Position numbers and translations under genes: made by a program. Below the pieces are notes generated by a model. That model saw nothing but the letters and a program-made list of their open reading frames with translations, did no database searches and was not told the DNA's origin. From NCBI GenBank assembly GCA_023137045.1, contig JAGLQB010000001.1, positions 1 through 51,972 on the forward strand: a DNA stretch of 51,972 nt, in the 5' to 3' direction. This document shows, in pieces, positions 1 to 8,764 of the stretch (position 1 is its first letter; each line of letters begins with the position of its first letter). The stretch comes from Candidatus Pacearchaeota archaeon. Lineage in GTDB: Archaea; Nanobdellota; Nanobdellia; Pacearchaeales; GW2011-AR1.

Positions 1-289
1 TTTTTACAACATATCCTTTTTCTCTTAAATCCTTAAAAACTAAATATTTTATTTGTACTTTTTTATCTATTTTTTGTAATTTGTTTATTAATTCTTTCTT
101 AGGAATTTTTTTATCTCTTGAGAATATTTCCATTTTATTTTTTTCAACTAAATAAAGAGCTTCTGATAAAGAATATTGGATCTTTTCCCCTACTGGTTTT
201 CCAAAACAACTTTTTTTGTAAAGTGAATGGGCTTCAGAGTTATTGCTTGAAATTATTTCTCCTAGGATTTGAGATTTTATTTTTTCCAT
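1..289 (-). CDS. endA: tRNA-splicing endonuclease, N-terminal part (3' end runs off the window)
   Basis: Absent from the ORF track because it has no stop in the window. Reverse-strand translation from the ATG at 289-287 gives MEKIKSQILGEIISSNNSEAHSLYKKSCFGKPVGEKIQYSLSEALYLVEKNKMEIF...IKYLVFKDLREKGYVVK. The SEALYL and Y-x-V-F-x-DLR-x-KGY segments are typical of archaeal EndA. Intron-containing tRNAs are present in the window. Confidence 0.7.
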   Translation of the reverse strand, partial: MEKIKSQILGEIISSNNSEAHSLYKKSCFGKPVGEKIQYSLSEALYLVEKNKMEIFSRDKKIPKKELINKLQKIDKKVQIKYLVFKDLREKGYVVK

Positions 290-424
290 TTTTTATTAAG
301 TAAATGAGAATATTTAAAAATATGCTTTTTGTTAAAATTAATATGAGATTAACACAAAGTTTACTTTTTTATTAGTGTTAGTCGTGGCTCTCTTATAAGG
401 GCTATTAAATTTTAAATCTATAAA

Positions 425-706
425 ATGGCTCTTGAATTTATTTGCTCTAATGAAATTATTCTTTCTAAGGAAATTGAAATCCCTAGAAGTGCTAATCATT
501 ATAAATTAAAATCAGGGAAAATTAAGTTTTTTTATGTAAATTCTTTTTTTAAAGAAATGAGGGAGATTCCAATAAGAGCGAGAACTATGGTTTTTGATGA
601 TTTTTTAAAGACATCTTATTTGATAGATTATGGAGAACCTGCTTTTTATGATGAAGAGCGAAATATTTTAAAGTATTGTAAAGGTATAAGATTATGGACA
701 AAATAA
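425..706 (+). CDS. hypothetical small protein
   Basis: 93-aa ORF with an ATG start that ends 13 nt inside the leuS start. No recognisable motif. Confidence 0.35.
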   Translation: MALEFICSNEIILSKEIEIPRSANHYKLKSGKIKFFYVNSFFKEMREIPIRARTMVFDDFLKTSYLIDYGEPAFYDEERNILKYCKGIRLWTK

Positions 707-3204
707 ATTTCAATAAGATAGAAAAGAAATGGCAGAAGAAGTGGAAAGATTCTAAAATTTTTGAGGTCAAGGAAGATCGGAAGAAAGAAAAATTTTATGT
801 TCTTGAGATGTTTCCTTATCCTTCTGCTTCAGGTTTGCATATGGGCCATGCTTTGAATTATACTCTTGGGGATATTCTTGCCAGGTTTAAGAGGATGCAG
901 GGTTTTAATGTTCTTTATCCTATGGGATATGATGCTCTGGGATTGCCTGCAGAAAATGCAGCAATTAAAGAAGGAACTCATCCAGAAAAATACACTAAAA
1001 ATTCTATGAAGAATTTTATGAATCAACAAAGTTTGTTGGGATTGAGTTATGATTGGAGTAGGTTGATTAATACTTCGGATTCAGGTTATTATCAGTGGGA
1101 TCAATGGATTTTTTTAAAGATGCTTGAGAAAGGAATTGCTTATAGAAAAAAATCTTCTGTTAATTGGTGCCCTGAATGTAAAACTGTTTTGGCAAATGAG
1201 CAAGTTCAAAATGGAAAATGCTGGAGACATCCTGATACTGAAATTGAAGTTAAACCTCTTGAACAATGGTTTTTGAAAATTACTGATTATGCAGAAGAAC
1301 TTTTGGATAAACTTGAGGGGTTGGATTGGCCTCAAAGAACAAAAGCAATGCAGAAAAATTGGATTGGGAAAAGTTATGGAACTGAAATTTTATTTGAGAT
1401 AAATGAGGAGAAATGGCCGATTTTTACAACTCGCCCTGATACAATTTATGGTGTTACTTTTATGGTTGTTTCTGCTCAACATCAGAGATTAATGGAGTTG
1501 GTTACAAAAGAGCAAAAAAAAGAGGTTGAAAAGTTTTTGCAAAAATTGAAAAGTGTTTCGGCAAAAAATGCTGTTGATTTGGAGAAGGAAGGGGTTTTTA
1601 CTGGAAGTTATGCAATTAATCCTCTGACAAATGAAAAAGTTCCTGTTTATGCTGGGAATTTTGTTGTTGCTGATTATGGTTCTGGGATGGTTATGGCTGT
1701 TCCTGCACATGATCAAAGAGATTTTGATTTTGCTAAAAAATATAAAATTGAAATAAAAAAGGTTATTGTCCCTAAAGGGATGACCTCTGCAGAGGCCTCA
1801 GGAAAAATTACTAATGATGGGGCTTACACTGGTCTTGGAAAGTTGATTAATTCTGAAAAGTTTAATGGACTTGAAAATGAAAAAGCTAAAGAAGAAATTA
1901 CAAAATATTTGGAACACCGCTCGGTGTACCCCAAAGTACGGAATACTGGGGCAAAAAAATTGGGTAGGAAAGTTGTTCAATTTAAGTTAAGAGATTGGTT
2001 GATTTCTCGTCAAAGATATTGGGGGACTCCAATTCCGATTGTTTATTGTGAGAAGTGTGGGATTGTTCCTATTCCTGAAAAAGATTTGCCTATAAAATTA
2101 CCTAAAAATGTTGAGTTTGGAAAAGGTAATCCTCTTGAAACAAATGAAAAATGGATTAAAATAAAATGCCCTAAGTGTGATGGAGATGCAAGAAGAGAAA
2201 CAGATACAATGGACACTTTTGTTAATTCTTCATGGTATTTTCTAAGGTATTGTGATCCAAATAATAAAAAGAAAATTTTTGATATGCAAAAAGTAAAGGA
2301 TTGGATGCCAATAGACCAATATATTGGAGGGGCAGAACATGCTTGTATGCATTTGATTTATTGCAGGTTTTATACTAAATTTTTAAGAGATTTAGGTTTA
2401 TTGAATTTTGATGAGCCTATTAAAAAATTATTTCATCAAGGAATGTTGCATGGAGATGATGGTGAAAAGATGAGTAAGTCAAAAGGAAATATTCTCAATC
2501 CTTTGGATACAATTGCAAATTATTCTACTGATTCTTTAAGGTTGGCTTTGATGAGTTTTGCTTCTCCTGATTCAGATTCTAATTGGGATGAAAAAGTTTT
2601 AATTGGGAGTCATAAGTTTTTGAAAAAAATTGCAGATTATTTTGAGAATGTAAAAATAAAGAATATTAATAATATTAAATTTGAGAGTAAATTAAATAAG
2701 ATTATTAAGGAGGTAACTTCTCAAATTGGTAATTTCAAATATAATCTTGCTATTATTAAACTTAGGGATTTGTTTAATTCTTTACCTAATGAGGTTTCTC
2801 AAAAGGTTTTAGAAAAATCTTTGAAATTATTGCATGTTTTTTGCCCACATATTACTGAAGAACTTTGGGAAAAGATTGATAATAAAAATTTTATTAGTTT
2901 AAGTAAATGGCCAGAAGTAGATGAATCTAAAATTGATGAAAGATTTGAAAAACAAGAACAATTTGTTGAGAAACTTGTAGGGGATATACAACATGTTATA
3001 AAACTTCTTGATAAAAAAATTAAAAATGTTTTTGTTTATGTTCTTCCAAATGAAAAAAATATCTATGTTGAAAATTTAGATTTAATAAGTAAAAGAATTG
3101 GGACAAAATTAAAGATTTATGCTGTGAATGATAAAGAAAAATATGATCCTGAGAATAAATCTAAAAAAGTTAAGCCTGGAAGACCTGGAATTTATTTGAA
3201 ATAG
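694..3204 (+). CDS. leuS: leucyl-tRNA synthetase, bacterial-type
   Basis: 836 aa. Carries FPYPSASGLHMGH (HIGH region), PMGYDALGLPAEN (bacterial-type signature), RDWLISRQRYWG and KMSKSKGN. Confidence 0.95.
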   Translation: MDKINFNKIEKKWQKKWKDSKIFEVKEDRKKEKFYVLEMFPYPSASGLHMGHALNYTLGDILARFKRMQGFNVLYPMGYDALGLPAENAAIKEGTHPEKYTKNSMKNFMNQQSLLGLSYDWSRLINTSDSGYYQWDQWIFLKMLEKGIAYRKKSSVNWCPECKTVLANEQVQNGKCWRHPDTEIEVKPLEQWFLKITDYAEELLDKLEGLDWPQRTKAMQKNWIGKSYGTEILFEINEEKWPIFTTRPDTIYGVTFMVVSAQHQRLMELVTKEQKKEVEKFLQKLKSVSAKNAVDLEKEGVFTGSYAINPLTNEKVPVYAGNFVVADYGSGMVMAVPAHDQRDFDFAKKYKIEIKKVIVPKGMTSAEASGKITNDGAYTGLGKLINSEKFNGLENEKAKEEITKYLEHRSVYPKVRNTGAKKLGRKVVQFKLRDWLISRQRYWGTPIPIVYCEKCGIVPIPEKDLPIKLPKNVEFGKGNPLETNEKWIKIKCPKCDGDARRETDTMDTFVNSSWYFLRYCDPNNKKKIFDMQKVKDWMPIDQYIGGAEHACMHLIYCRFYTKFLRDLGLLNFDEPIKKLFHQGMLHGDDGEKMSKSKGNILNPLDTIANYSTDSLRLALMSFASPDSDSNWDEKVLIGSHKFLKKIADYFENVKIKNINNIKFESKLNKIIKEVTSQIGNFKYNLAIIKLRDLFNSLPNEVSQKVLEKSLKLLHVFCPHITEELWEKIDNKNFISLSKWPEVDESKIDERFEKQEQFVEKLVGDIQHVIKLLDKKIKNVFVYVLPNEKNIYVENLDLISKRIGTKLKIYAVNDKEKYDPENKSKKVKPGRPGIYLK

Positions 3205-3245
3205 TTTTGGTAAAGATTATAAACTTAATTTTATTTTTATTTAAA

Positions 3246-4112
3246 ATGAGGTGGCCAATTGGAAAATTAGAAAAGTATAAGGAAAACCCTATTTTGAATC
3301 CTTCTAGAAAAAATAAATGGGAAAGTGCAGCGGTTTATAATGGAACTGCTATTGAAAAAGATGGCAAGGTTTATCTTTTTTATAGGGCTGAACAGCATTA
3401 TTACAATGAATATATTTCTCGGATTGGTTTAGCTATAAGTGACGATGGTTTGAAATTTAAAAAAATGAAGAATCCTGTGATTTCTCCTGAAAGAAGATAT
3501 GAAAGAAGAGGTTGTGAAGATCCAAGGATTTGTGAAATTGATGGAAAATATTACATGACTTATGTTGCGTATTCTGGAAGAAAAATAAGTATTGCATTGG
3601 CAGAATCTCATGATTTACTGCATTGGAAGAAAAAAGGAATTCTCATGAAAAATGTTAAATCTGGAGCACTACTTCCTGGAAAAATTAATGGAAAATATAT
3701 TTTGTATTTTGGGGATACAAATATTTATGTGGCTAGTTCTAGGGATTTGAAAAAATGGCATGTTAGTGAAAAGCCTGTTTTAACTCCGAGGATTGATAAT
3801 TTTGATTTACAATTAGTTGAGATTGGTCCTTGTCCAATTATAACTAAAAAAGGAATTTTTGTAATTTACAATAGTGCTAACTGGGATGAATACAACGTAG
3901 GTTATGCGATGTTTAGTAAAAATAATCCTGAAAAATTAATTGCAAGGACAGACAAACCAATTCTTTCCCCCACACAATCCTGGGAAAATTATGGGAAAGT
4001 TAATTATGTTGTTTTTGCAGAAGGTTTAATTGAGAAAAACGGAAAATATTTTTTATATTATGGGGGAGCAGATAAGAGTATTGGAGTTGCTATTGGGAAT
4101 AAATTGTATTGA
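3246..4112 (+). CDS. GH130-family glycosidase/phosphorylase-like protein (DUF377-like beta-propeller)
   Basis: NPILNP, WESAAVYNGTA, LFYRA, GCEDPRI, YYGGAD. The ATG at 3246 is preferred over the TTG at 3207. Confidence 0.75.
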   Translation: MRWPIGKLEKYKENPILNPSRKNKWESAAVYNGTAIEKDGKVYLFYRAEQHYYNEYISRIGLAISDDGLKFKKMKNPVISPERRYERRGCEDPRICEIDGKYYMTYVAYSGRKISIALAESHDLLHWKKKGILMKNVKSGALLPGKINGKYILYFGDTNIYVASSRDLKKWHVSEKPVLTPRIDNFDLQLVEIGPCPIITKKGIFVIYNSANWDEYNVGYAMFSKNNPEKLIARTDKPILSPTQSWENYGKVNYVVFAEGLIEKNGKYFLYYGGADKSIGVAIGNKLY

Positions 4113-4162
4113 TTGATTTTTTAATTAGATAGCTTTTTATAATTTCTTTTACATCAATTTTA

Positions 4163-5230
4163 ATGATTGAACGAAAAGGTGCAAAAAGTGGTTCTGATAA
4201 GAAAAAGTCTTTTTTTATTCTTAAGTGTTTTTTTATTCTTTTATTTGTTTTTTTAATTGGACTTGTTTGTGTTTTTTTTGTTATGGATATTTTTTCTCAA
4301 AAGAGTTTTATTTGCGGAGATAATACTACTAATGGAAATTGTTCTATAAATAAACCTTATTTTTGTGTAAATGGAACTTTATTGGAAGATGCTTTTGTTT
4401 GTGGTTGTCCAGAGATTCTTAATGAAGAAAAAGGTTTATGTGTTTCAGATTATCATAAGGATCCTAAAAATATTCAATTGAAATATATTTTAAGAGGAGA
4501 AAACAAATCTTTAGATTTTGTTGTTTATGGGGGGATGGTGGAATATTTTTCTACGCTTTCAAAAGTGATTTATTATCAAGAAGGAGAAAGTCCTTCTAGG
4601 AGGGATTTTAAAATTAAAAATATAAACGAAGAGTTACAAAGAGAATTTCTTTTGCCTCTGGTTGTGAAAATACAAAATTTGGCGAAGAATAAAGAAGACC
4701 AAGTAAGGATTGCTGTTAGTTTGGTTCAAAATATTCCTTATGGAAAATCTAATGGTTTTTTTAATTTTGGTTCTAACAAATTGAATTCTTCTAGATACCC
4801 TTATGAAGTTCTTTGGGATTTAAAAGGGGTTTGTGAAGAGAAATCTGAATTAATGGCTTTTTTATTAAAGGAATTTGGGTACGGAGTTGTTTTGTTTTAT
4901 TATCCTGTGGAGAATCATGAGGCAGTTGGAATTAAATGTCCTCTTGAGCATAGTTTAAATGGAACTGGTTATTGTTTTATTGAATCAACAGGACTTTCAA
5001 TTATTTCTGATAATGAAAGACATTATTGGGATTTAGGCAGGCTTTCTCCTGATCCAGAGATGTTTGTAATTTCTGAGGGAGATACTTTGAGTAAGAATAT
5101 GGAAGAGTATGGAGATGCAGATACTTTGACTAAATTTATTAAGATAATCGAAGAGTCTGGAGGACTTAATGTTTTTCAACATGAGAAGTTTGTAGATTTA
5201 AAAGAAAAGTATGGTCTTAAAAATCTTTAA
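4163..5230 (+). CDS. membrane-anchored Cys-rich protein with a transglutaminase-like Cys-His-acid core
   Basis: N-terminal hydrophobic anchor (FFILKCFFILLFVFLIGLVCVFFV) and a Cys-rich module. The core is GVCEEKSELMAFLLKEFGY ... NHEAVGI ... FIESTG. Paralogous in layout to 28766-30043. Confidence 0.6.
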   Translation: MIERKGAKSGSDKKKSFFILKCFFILLFVFLIGLVCVFFVMDIFSQKSFICGDNTTNGNCSINKPYFCVNGTLLEDAFVCGCPEILNEEKGLCVSDYHKDPKNIQLKYILRGENKSLDFVVYGGMVEYFSTLSKVIYYQEGESPSRRDFKIKNINEELQREFLLPLVVKIQNLAKNKEDQVRIAVSLVQNIPYGKSNGFFNFGSNKLNSSRYPYEVLWDLKGVCEEKSELMAFLLKEFGYGVVLFYYPVENHEAVGIKCPLEHSLNGTGYCFIESTGLSIISDNERHYWDLGRLSPDPEMFVISEGDTLSKNMEEYGDADTLTKFIKIIEESGGLNVFQHEKFVDLKEKYGLKNL

Positions 5231-5299
5231 TTATTCTAAAATCGCTTTGATTCTTCTTACTCTAGAACTATTTAAAAAGGTTTAATAAATTATTTTATT

Positions 5300-5884
5300 A
5301 TGGTATTCAAGCATCCACATAGATATGGTTTAATGGCAATGGTTTCAAAAAAAGATTACCTTTTTCTTAAGATGTATGAAGATAAATTAAATCCAAATGT
5401 AAAATTTTATATGAAAGAAGATTTTTTTGAGGATATAGCTCCGCAACATATCTCAGTTTGTTATTTTAGTTATCCAGAAAAATATTCTGAAGAATATGTT
5501 AAGAAATTAGTTCCAAAGATTAACGAAATTATAAAAAAATATTTACCTTTAAAAGTAAAAGTTAAAGGATTGCTTGGAGGTTGGGAAGTAGGAATTGGTG
5601 TTCCCGCAATTTTATGGAACATAATTGAATTTGATGAAATTGAAAAAATGTACAAAGAGATAATGGAAGCATTAAAAGGAGATATTGAACATTTTAATGA
5701 TCCTGAAATGGATTTTACACCCCACATCGGAATTGCATTAGGAAATGATGAAAAAATAGAAGAATTAAAGGAAATTATTGCTAATTCAAAAGATGACCTA
5801 GAATTTGAACTTACACTAGATAAGTTTTATATTTTCTATCCAAATGGACCTAAAAAGATTTTTGATTTAAATTCTTTAGAATAA
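5300..5884 (+). CDS. hypothetical protein, possibly 2H-phosphoesterase (LigT-like) fold
   Basis: Two H-x-[ST/G]-x motifs in the expected order (QHISVCY and TPHIGIAL). The second motif is degenerate, so the function call is weak. Confidence 0.45.
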   Translation: MVFKHPHRYGLMAMVSKKDYLFLKMYEDKLNPNVKFYMKEDFFEDIAPQHISVCYFSYPEKYSEEYVKKLVPKINEIIKKYLPLKVKVKGLLGGWEVGIGVPAILWNIIEFDEIEKMYKEIMEALKGDIEHFNDPEMDFTPHIGIALGNDEKIEELKEIIANSKDDLEFELTLDKFYIFYPNGPKKIFDLNSLE

Positions 5885-5956
5885 AATTAACCCTTTTTTT
5901 CCGGAGATATTATTAGAAATTTCAGAAGATGCTCAATCCAGGCTCGTAGGAGTCCC

Positions 5957-7645
5957 CTATTCTAAAATTGCTTTTATTCTTCTTACTCCTGAACTTGAAG
6001 ATTCTTCTTTTTTTATTTTAAATTTCCCTAATTCGCAAAGATTTTTTATATGAGGTCCAGAGCAAATTTCTTTTGAAAAATTTCCTATTGTATAGACAGA
6101 AACAATTTCTCCGTACTTTTTATCAAATACTCCAATTGCTCCTTGTTTTTTTGCTTTTTCAGGGGACATTTCCTCTCTTTTAACTTCACATGAATTTTGT
6201 ATTTGTGCATTAACTAAATCTTCTATTTTTTTTATTTCTTCTTTAGTTAATTTTCTTGAAAAAGAAAAATCTAATCTTAATCTTTCTGGAGTTATGTTGC
6301 TTCCTTTTTGAATTATGTTTTTATCTTTTAAAACAGTCCTTAGAGCTGCTAAAAGTAAATGTGTTGTTGTGTGGAGTTTTGTTGTTGCTTCTGAATTATC
6401 TGCTAAACCAGATTTGAATTTTCCTGCTGATGCAGTTCTTGAAAGTTTTTGGTGTTTTTCAAATTCTTTTTCAAATTCTTTTTTTGAAAATTTTATTTTA
6501 TTTTTTTTACACTCTTCTTCAATCATTTCAAGGGGAAAACCATAGCTTTGGTAGAGTAAGAAAGAATTTTTGCAATTTAGTTCTTTTTTATCTTTTGTAA
6601 CCTTTTTGAAGGTTTTTAGTCCTTTTTCTAAAGTTTGATTAAATTTTTCTTCTTCTTTTTCTAATTCTGCTAAGATTTTCTTTTTATTTTTCAGGATTTC
6701 ATAATCATTATATGTCTCAAATATAGGTTCTGCAACTTTAGAGGTAAAATTTCTAATTTCCATTTCTCTTCCATATCTTACCGCCCTTCTAATTAATCTT
6801 CTTAAGACATATCCTTGTTCTGTGTTGCTTGGTGTAATCCCATCAGCTATGATAAAAACAGAAGCTTTGATATGGTCTGCAATTATTCTCATCTCTTTTT
6901 CGTTTCCTTTGTATTTTTTCCTAGATAATTTTTCTATTTTTTTTATTATTGGTTGCCAAATTTCTGTTAAATAATTATCCTTAAATTTATTTAGTATTGC
7001 TAAAATTCTTTCTACCCCTCCTCCAAAATCTATATTTTTTTGTTTTGCAAGATTATATTTTCCTTTTTCATCTTTGTTGTATTGCATTAAAACATCATTT
7101 CCTATTTCAATATTATTTACAAACATCTCTGTACTTGGACCGCATGGACCTATTTTTCCTATAGGCCCCCACCAATTATCCCTCCCAAGAAATTTTATTT
7201 TTTGTTTAGGAATTCCTAATGATTCCCAAATTTTCTCAGATTCTGTATCTTTAGGAGCATTTTTATCTCCTTTAAAGCAAGTCACTGATATTTTTTCTTT
7301 GGGTATTTTTAGGGTATTGGTGAGGAATTCTAAAGTCATTTCAATCGCCTCTTGTTTCCAATAATCTCCTAAACTCCAATTTCCCAACATCTCAAGAAAT
7401 GTATGATGGCAATTATCTCCTACTTCTTCAATGTCTATTGTCCTTATGCACTTCTGCACATTAACTAATCTTTTTCCTTGAGGATGTTTTTGCCCAAGAA
7501 GATAGGGAACTAGAGGTTGCATCCCTGCTGAATTAAATAAAGTTGTAGGATCATTTTCAAGAATAAGGGAATCATTTGGAATTACTTTGTGATTTTTTGA
7601 TTTAAAAAATTCTAAATATTTTTTTATTAATTGTTTTCTGTCCAT
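5957..7645 (-). CDS. alaS: alanyl-tRNA synthetase, short bacterial-type form
   Basis: DPTTLFNSAGMQP, HHTFLEMLGNWS and GGGVERILAIL, with editing-site HTTTHLL and CSGPH. At 562 aa it apparently lacks the C-terminal C-Ala domain. Confidence 0.9.
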   Translation of the reverse strand: MDRKQLIKKYLEFFKSKNHKVIPNDSLILENDPTTLFNSAGMQPLVPYLLGQKHPQGKRLVNVQKCIRTIDIEEVGDNCHHTFLEMLGNWSLGDYWKQEAIEMTLEFLTNTLKIPKEKISVTCFKGDKNAPKDTESEKIWESLGIPKQKIKFLGRDNWWGPIGKIGPCGPSTEMFVNNIEIGNDVLMQYNKDEKGKYNLAKQKNIDFGGGVERILAILNKFKDNYLTEIWQPIIKKIEKLSRKKYKGNEKEMRIIADHIKASVFIIADGITPSNTEQGYVLRRLIRRAVRYGREMEIRNFTSKVAEPIFETYNDYEILKNKKKILAELEKEEEKFNQTLEKGLKTFKKVTKDKKELNCKNSFLLYQSYGFPLEMIEEECKKNKIKFSKKEFEKEFEKHQKLSRTASAGKFKSGLADNSEATTKLHTTTHLLLAALRTVLKDKNIIQKGSNITPERLRLDFSFSRKLTKEEIKKIEDLVNAQIQNSCEVKREEMSPEKAKKQGAIGVFDKKYGEIVSVYTIGNFSKEICSGPHIKNLCELGKFKIKKEESSSSGVRRIKAILE

Positions 7646-7686
7646 TGATTTAATTAAGAAAAAAGATTTTAAAAATTATTGGTTTG

Positions 7687-8046
7687 TTATTCTTGCAGGG
7701 AATTAAGTTTTTCTTGGATATCTTTAAGTTGGGATTCAAGGTTTTCGTCATATTCTTCTACTTCTATTTTTGATTTAATTTTTTCAAAGTTTTTTTCATC
7801 TTTTAATATCTCTGGAATTTCTAATTTTGGGAGAGTTATTTGAAGTTTTTTAATTCCCATTAAAAAATCTTTTATCTTTTTTAATAAGCTAATTTTTAAT
7901 TTTAATTCTTCTGATCTTAGAAGTTTATATCTTTTTGTGGATTTGGTAATTCTTAAAAGATTCATTTCTGAAGATAGCACGTTTCTTTTGGATTGAAGTG
8001 CTTCCCCATATTCTAGTTTGACATGGATTAAATTTTCGTTTTTCAT
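7687..8046 (-). CDS. hypothetical coiled-coil protein
   Basis: 119-aa ORF with heptad-like K/E/L-rich sequence. It overlaps the upstream gene by 4 nt (translational coupling). Confidence 0.5.
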   Translation of the reverse strand: MKNENLIHVKLEYGEALQSKRNVLSSEMNLLRITKSTKRYKLLRSEELKLKISLLKKIKDFLMGIKKLQITLPKLEIPEILKDEKNFEKIKSKIEVEEYDENLESQLKDIQEKLNSLQE

Positions 8047-8633
8047 TCTATTTTAGAAAAAAGGTCTTCATCTACTTTTTCAATTTGTTCTTTTGCAGTT
8101 TTTATTTCACCTTCCCAAAATTCTAATTCCTCTTCTTCTTTTTCCTTCACCTTTTTTATATTTGAAAGCATTTTTTCTATTTCAGAAATTTGTTTTTTTG
8201 TTTGTTCAAAAATTTGTAAACTTTCTTCAAATTTGTCTATTCTTATAAAGATAGGTTCAGCTTCTTTAACTTTTCTTGCAGCTGCTTTAAATTCTTGAGG
8301 AATTTTTGAAGAAGAAAACTCTTTTGTTCTTGGAGTTTTTACAGGTTTCGGCATCATTCTTTCCTCGTAATCTTCGTCGGATTCGAAATCATCTGCCTCA
8401 AAAACCCTTTCACCTTCTTTTTTCCCAGTTATAGCTTCTTTGATTGTATTTTGAGAAAACTTTTCTCCGAGAGAATCATTTGGAAAACTGGGTAATTGAT
8501 GGATTGATTTTGAACTTTTGTTTTTTTCAAAAGGTTCTGGAAGTTCAGGCAGTTCCGGGAGCTTTGGTAATTCATGCAATTGAGAAATTTCTTTTCTTCC
8601 CCCTGTTTTTTCTTTTTTCTTAAACCACCCCAT
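8043..8633 (-). CDS. hypothetical protein (basic amphipathic N-terminus, Pro/acidic linker, C-terminal coiled coil)
   Basis: Start placed at MGWFKKKEK (ATG 8633-8631). It has an ELPKLPELPELPEP repeat and a C-terminal EPIFIRIDKFEESL segment followed by a K/E-rich helix. Confidence 0.55.
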   Translation of the reverse strand: MGWFKKKEKTGGRKEISQLHELPKLPELPELPEPFEKNKSSKSIHQLPSFPNDSLGEKFSQNTIKEAITGKKEGERVFEADDFESDEDYEERMMPKPVKTPRTKEFSSSKIPQEFKAAARKVKEAEPIFIRIDKFEESLQIFEQTKKQISEIEKMLSNIKKVKEKEEEELEFWEGEIKTAKEQIEKVDEDLFSKIE

Positions 8634-8764
8634 TTTTATTTTTAATATATTGTTTCGAATATATATAAAATAGAATATAGGTTTAAAAACTTTTATTTTT
8701 TTGCTAAAAACCATTTAAAATCCCAGACCGAAAGGTATTTATGTGGATTTTTTTTATTATTTTG

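Noticed and set aside
118-303. 61-aa plus-strand ORF
   Set aside because: It lies antisense to the much better supported endA N-terminal coding region (1-289, minus strand). Its F/L-rich composition is typical of reading an AT-rich gene backwards.
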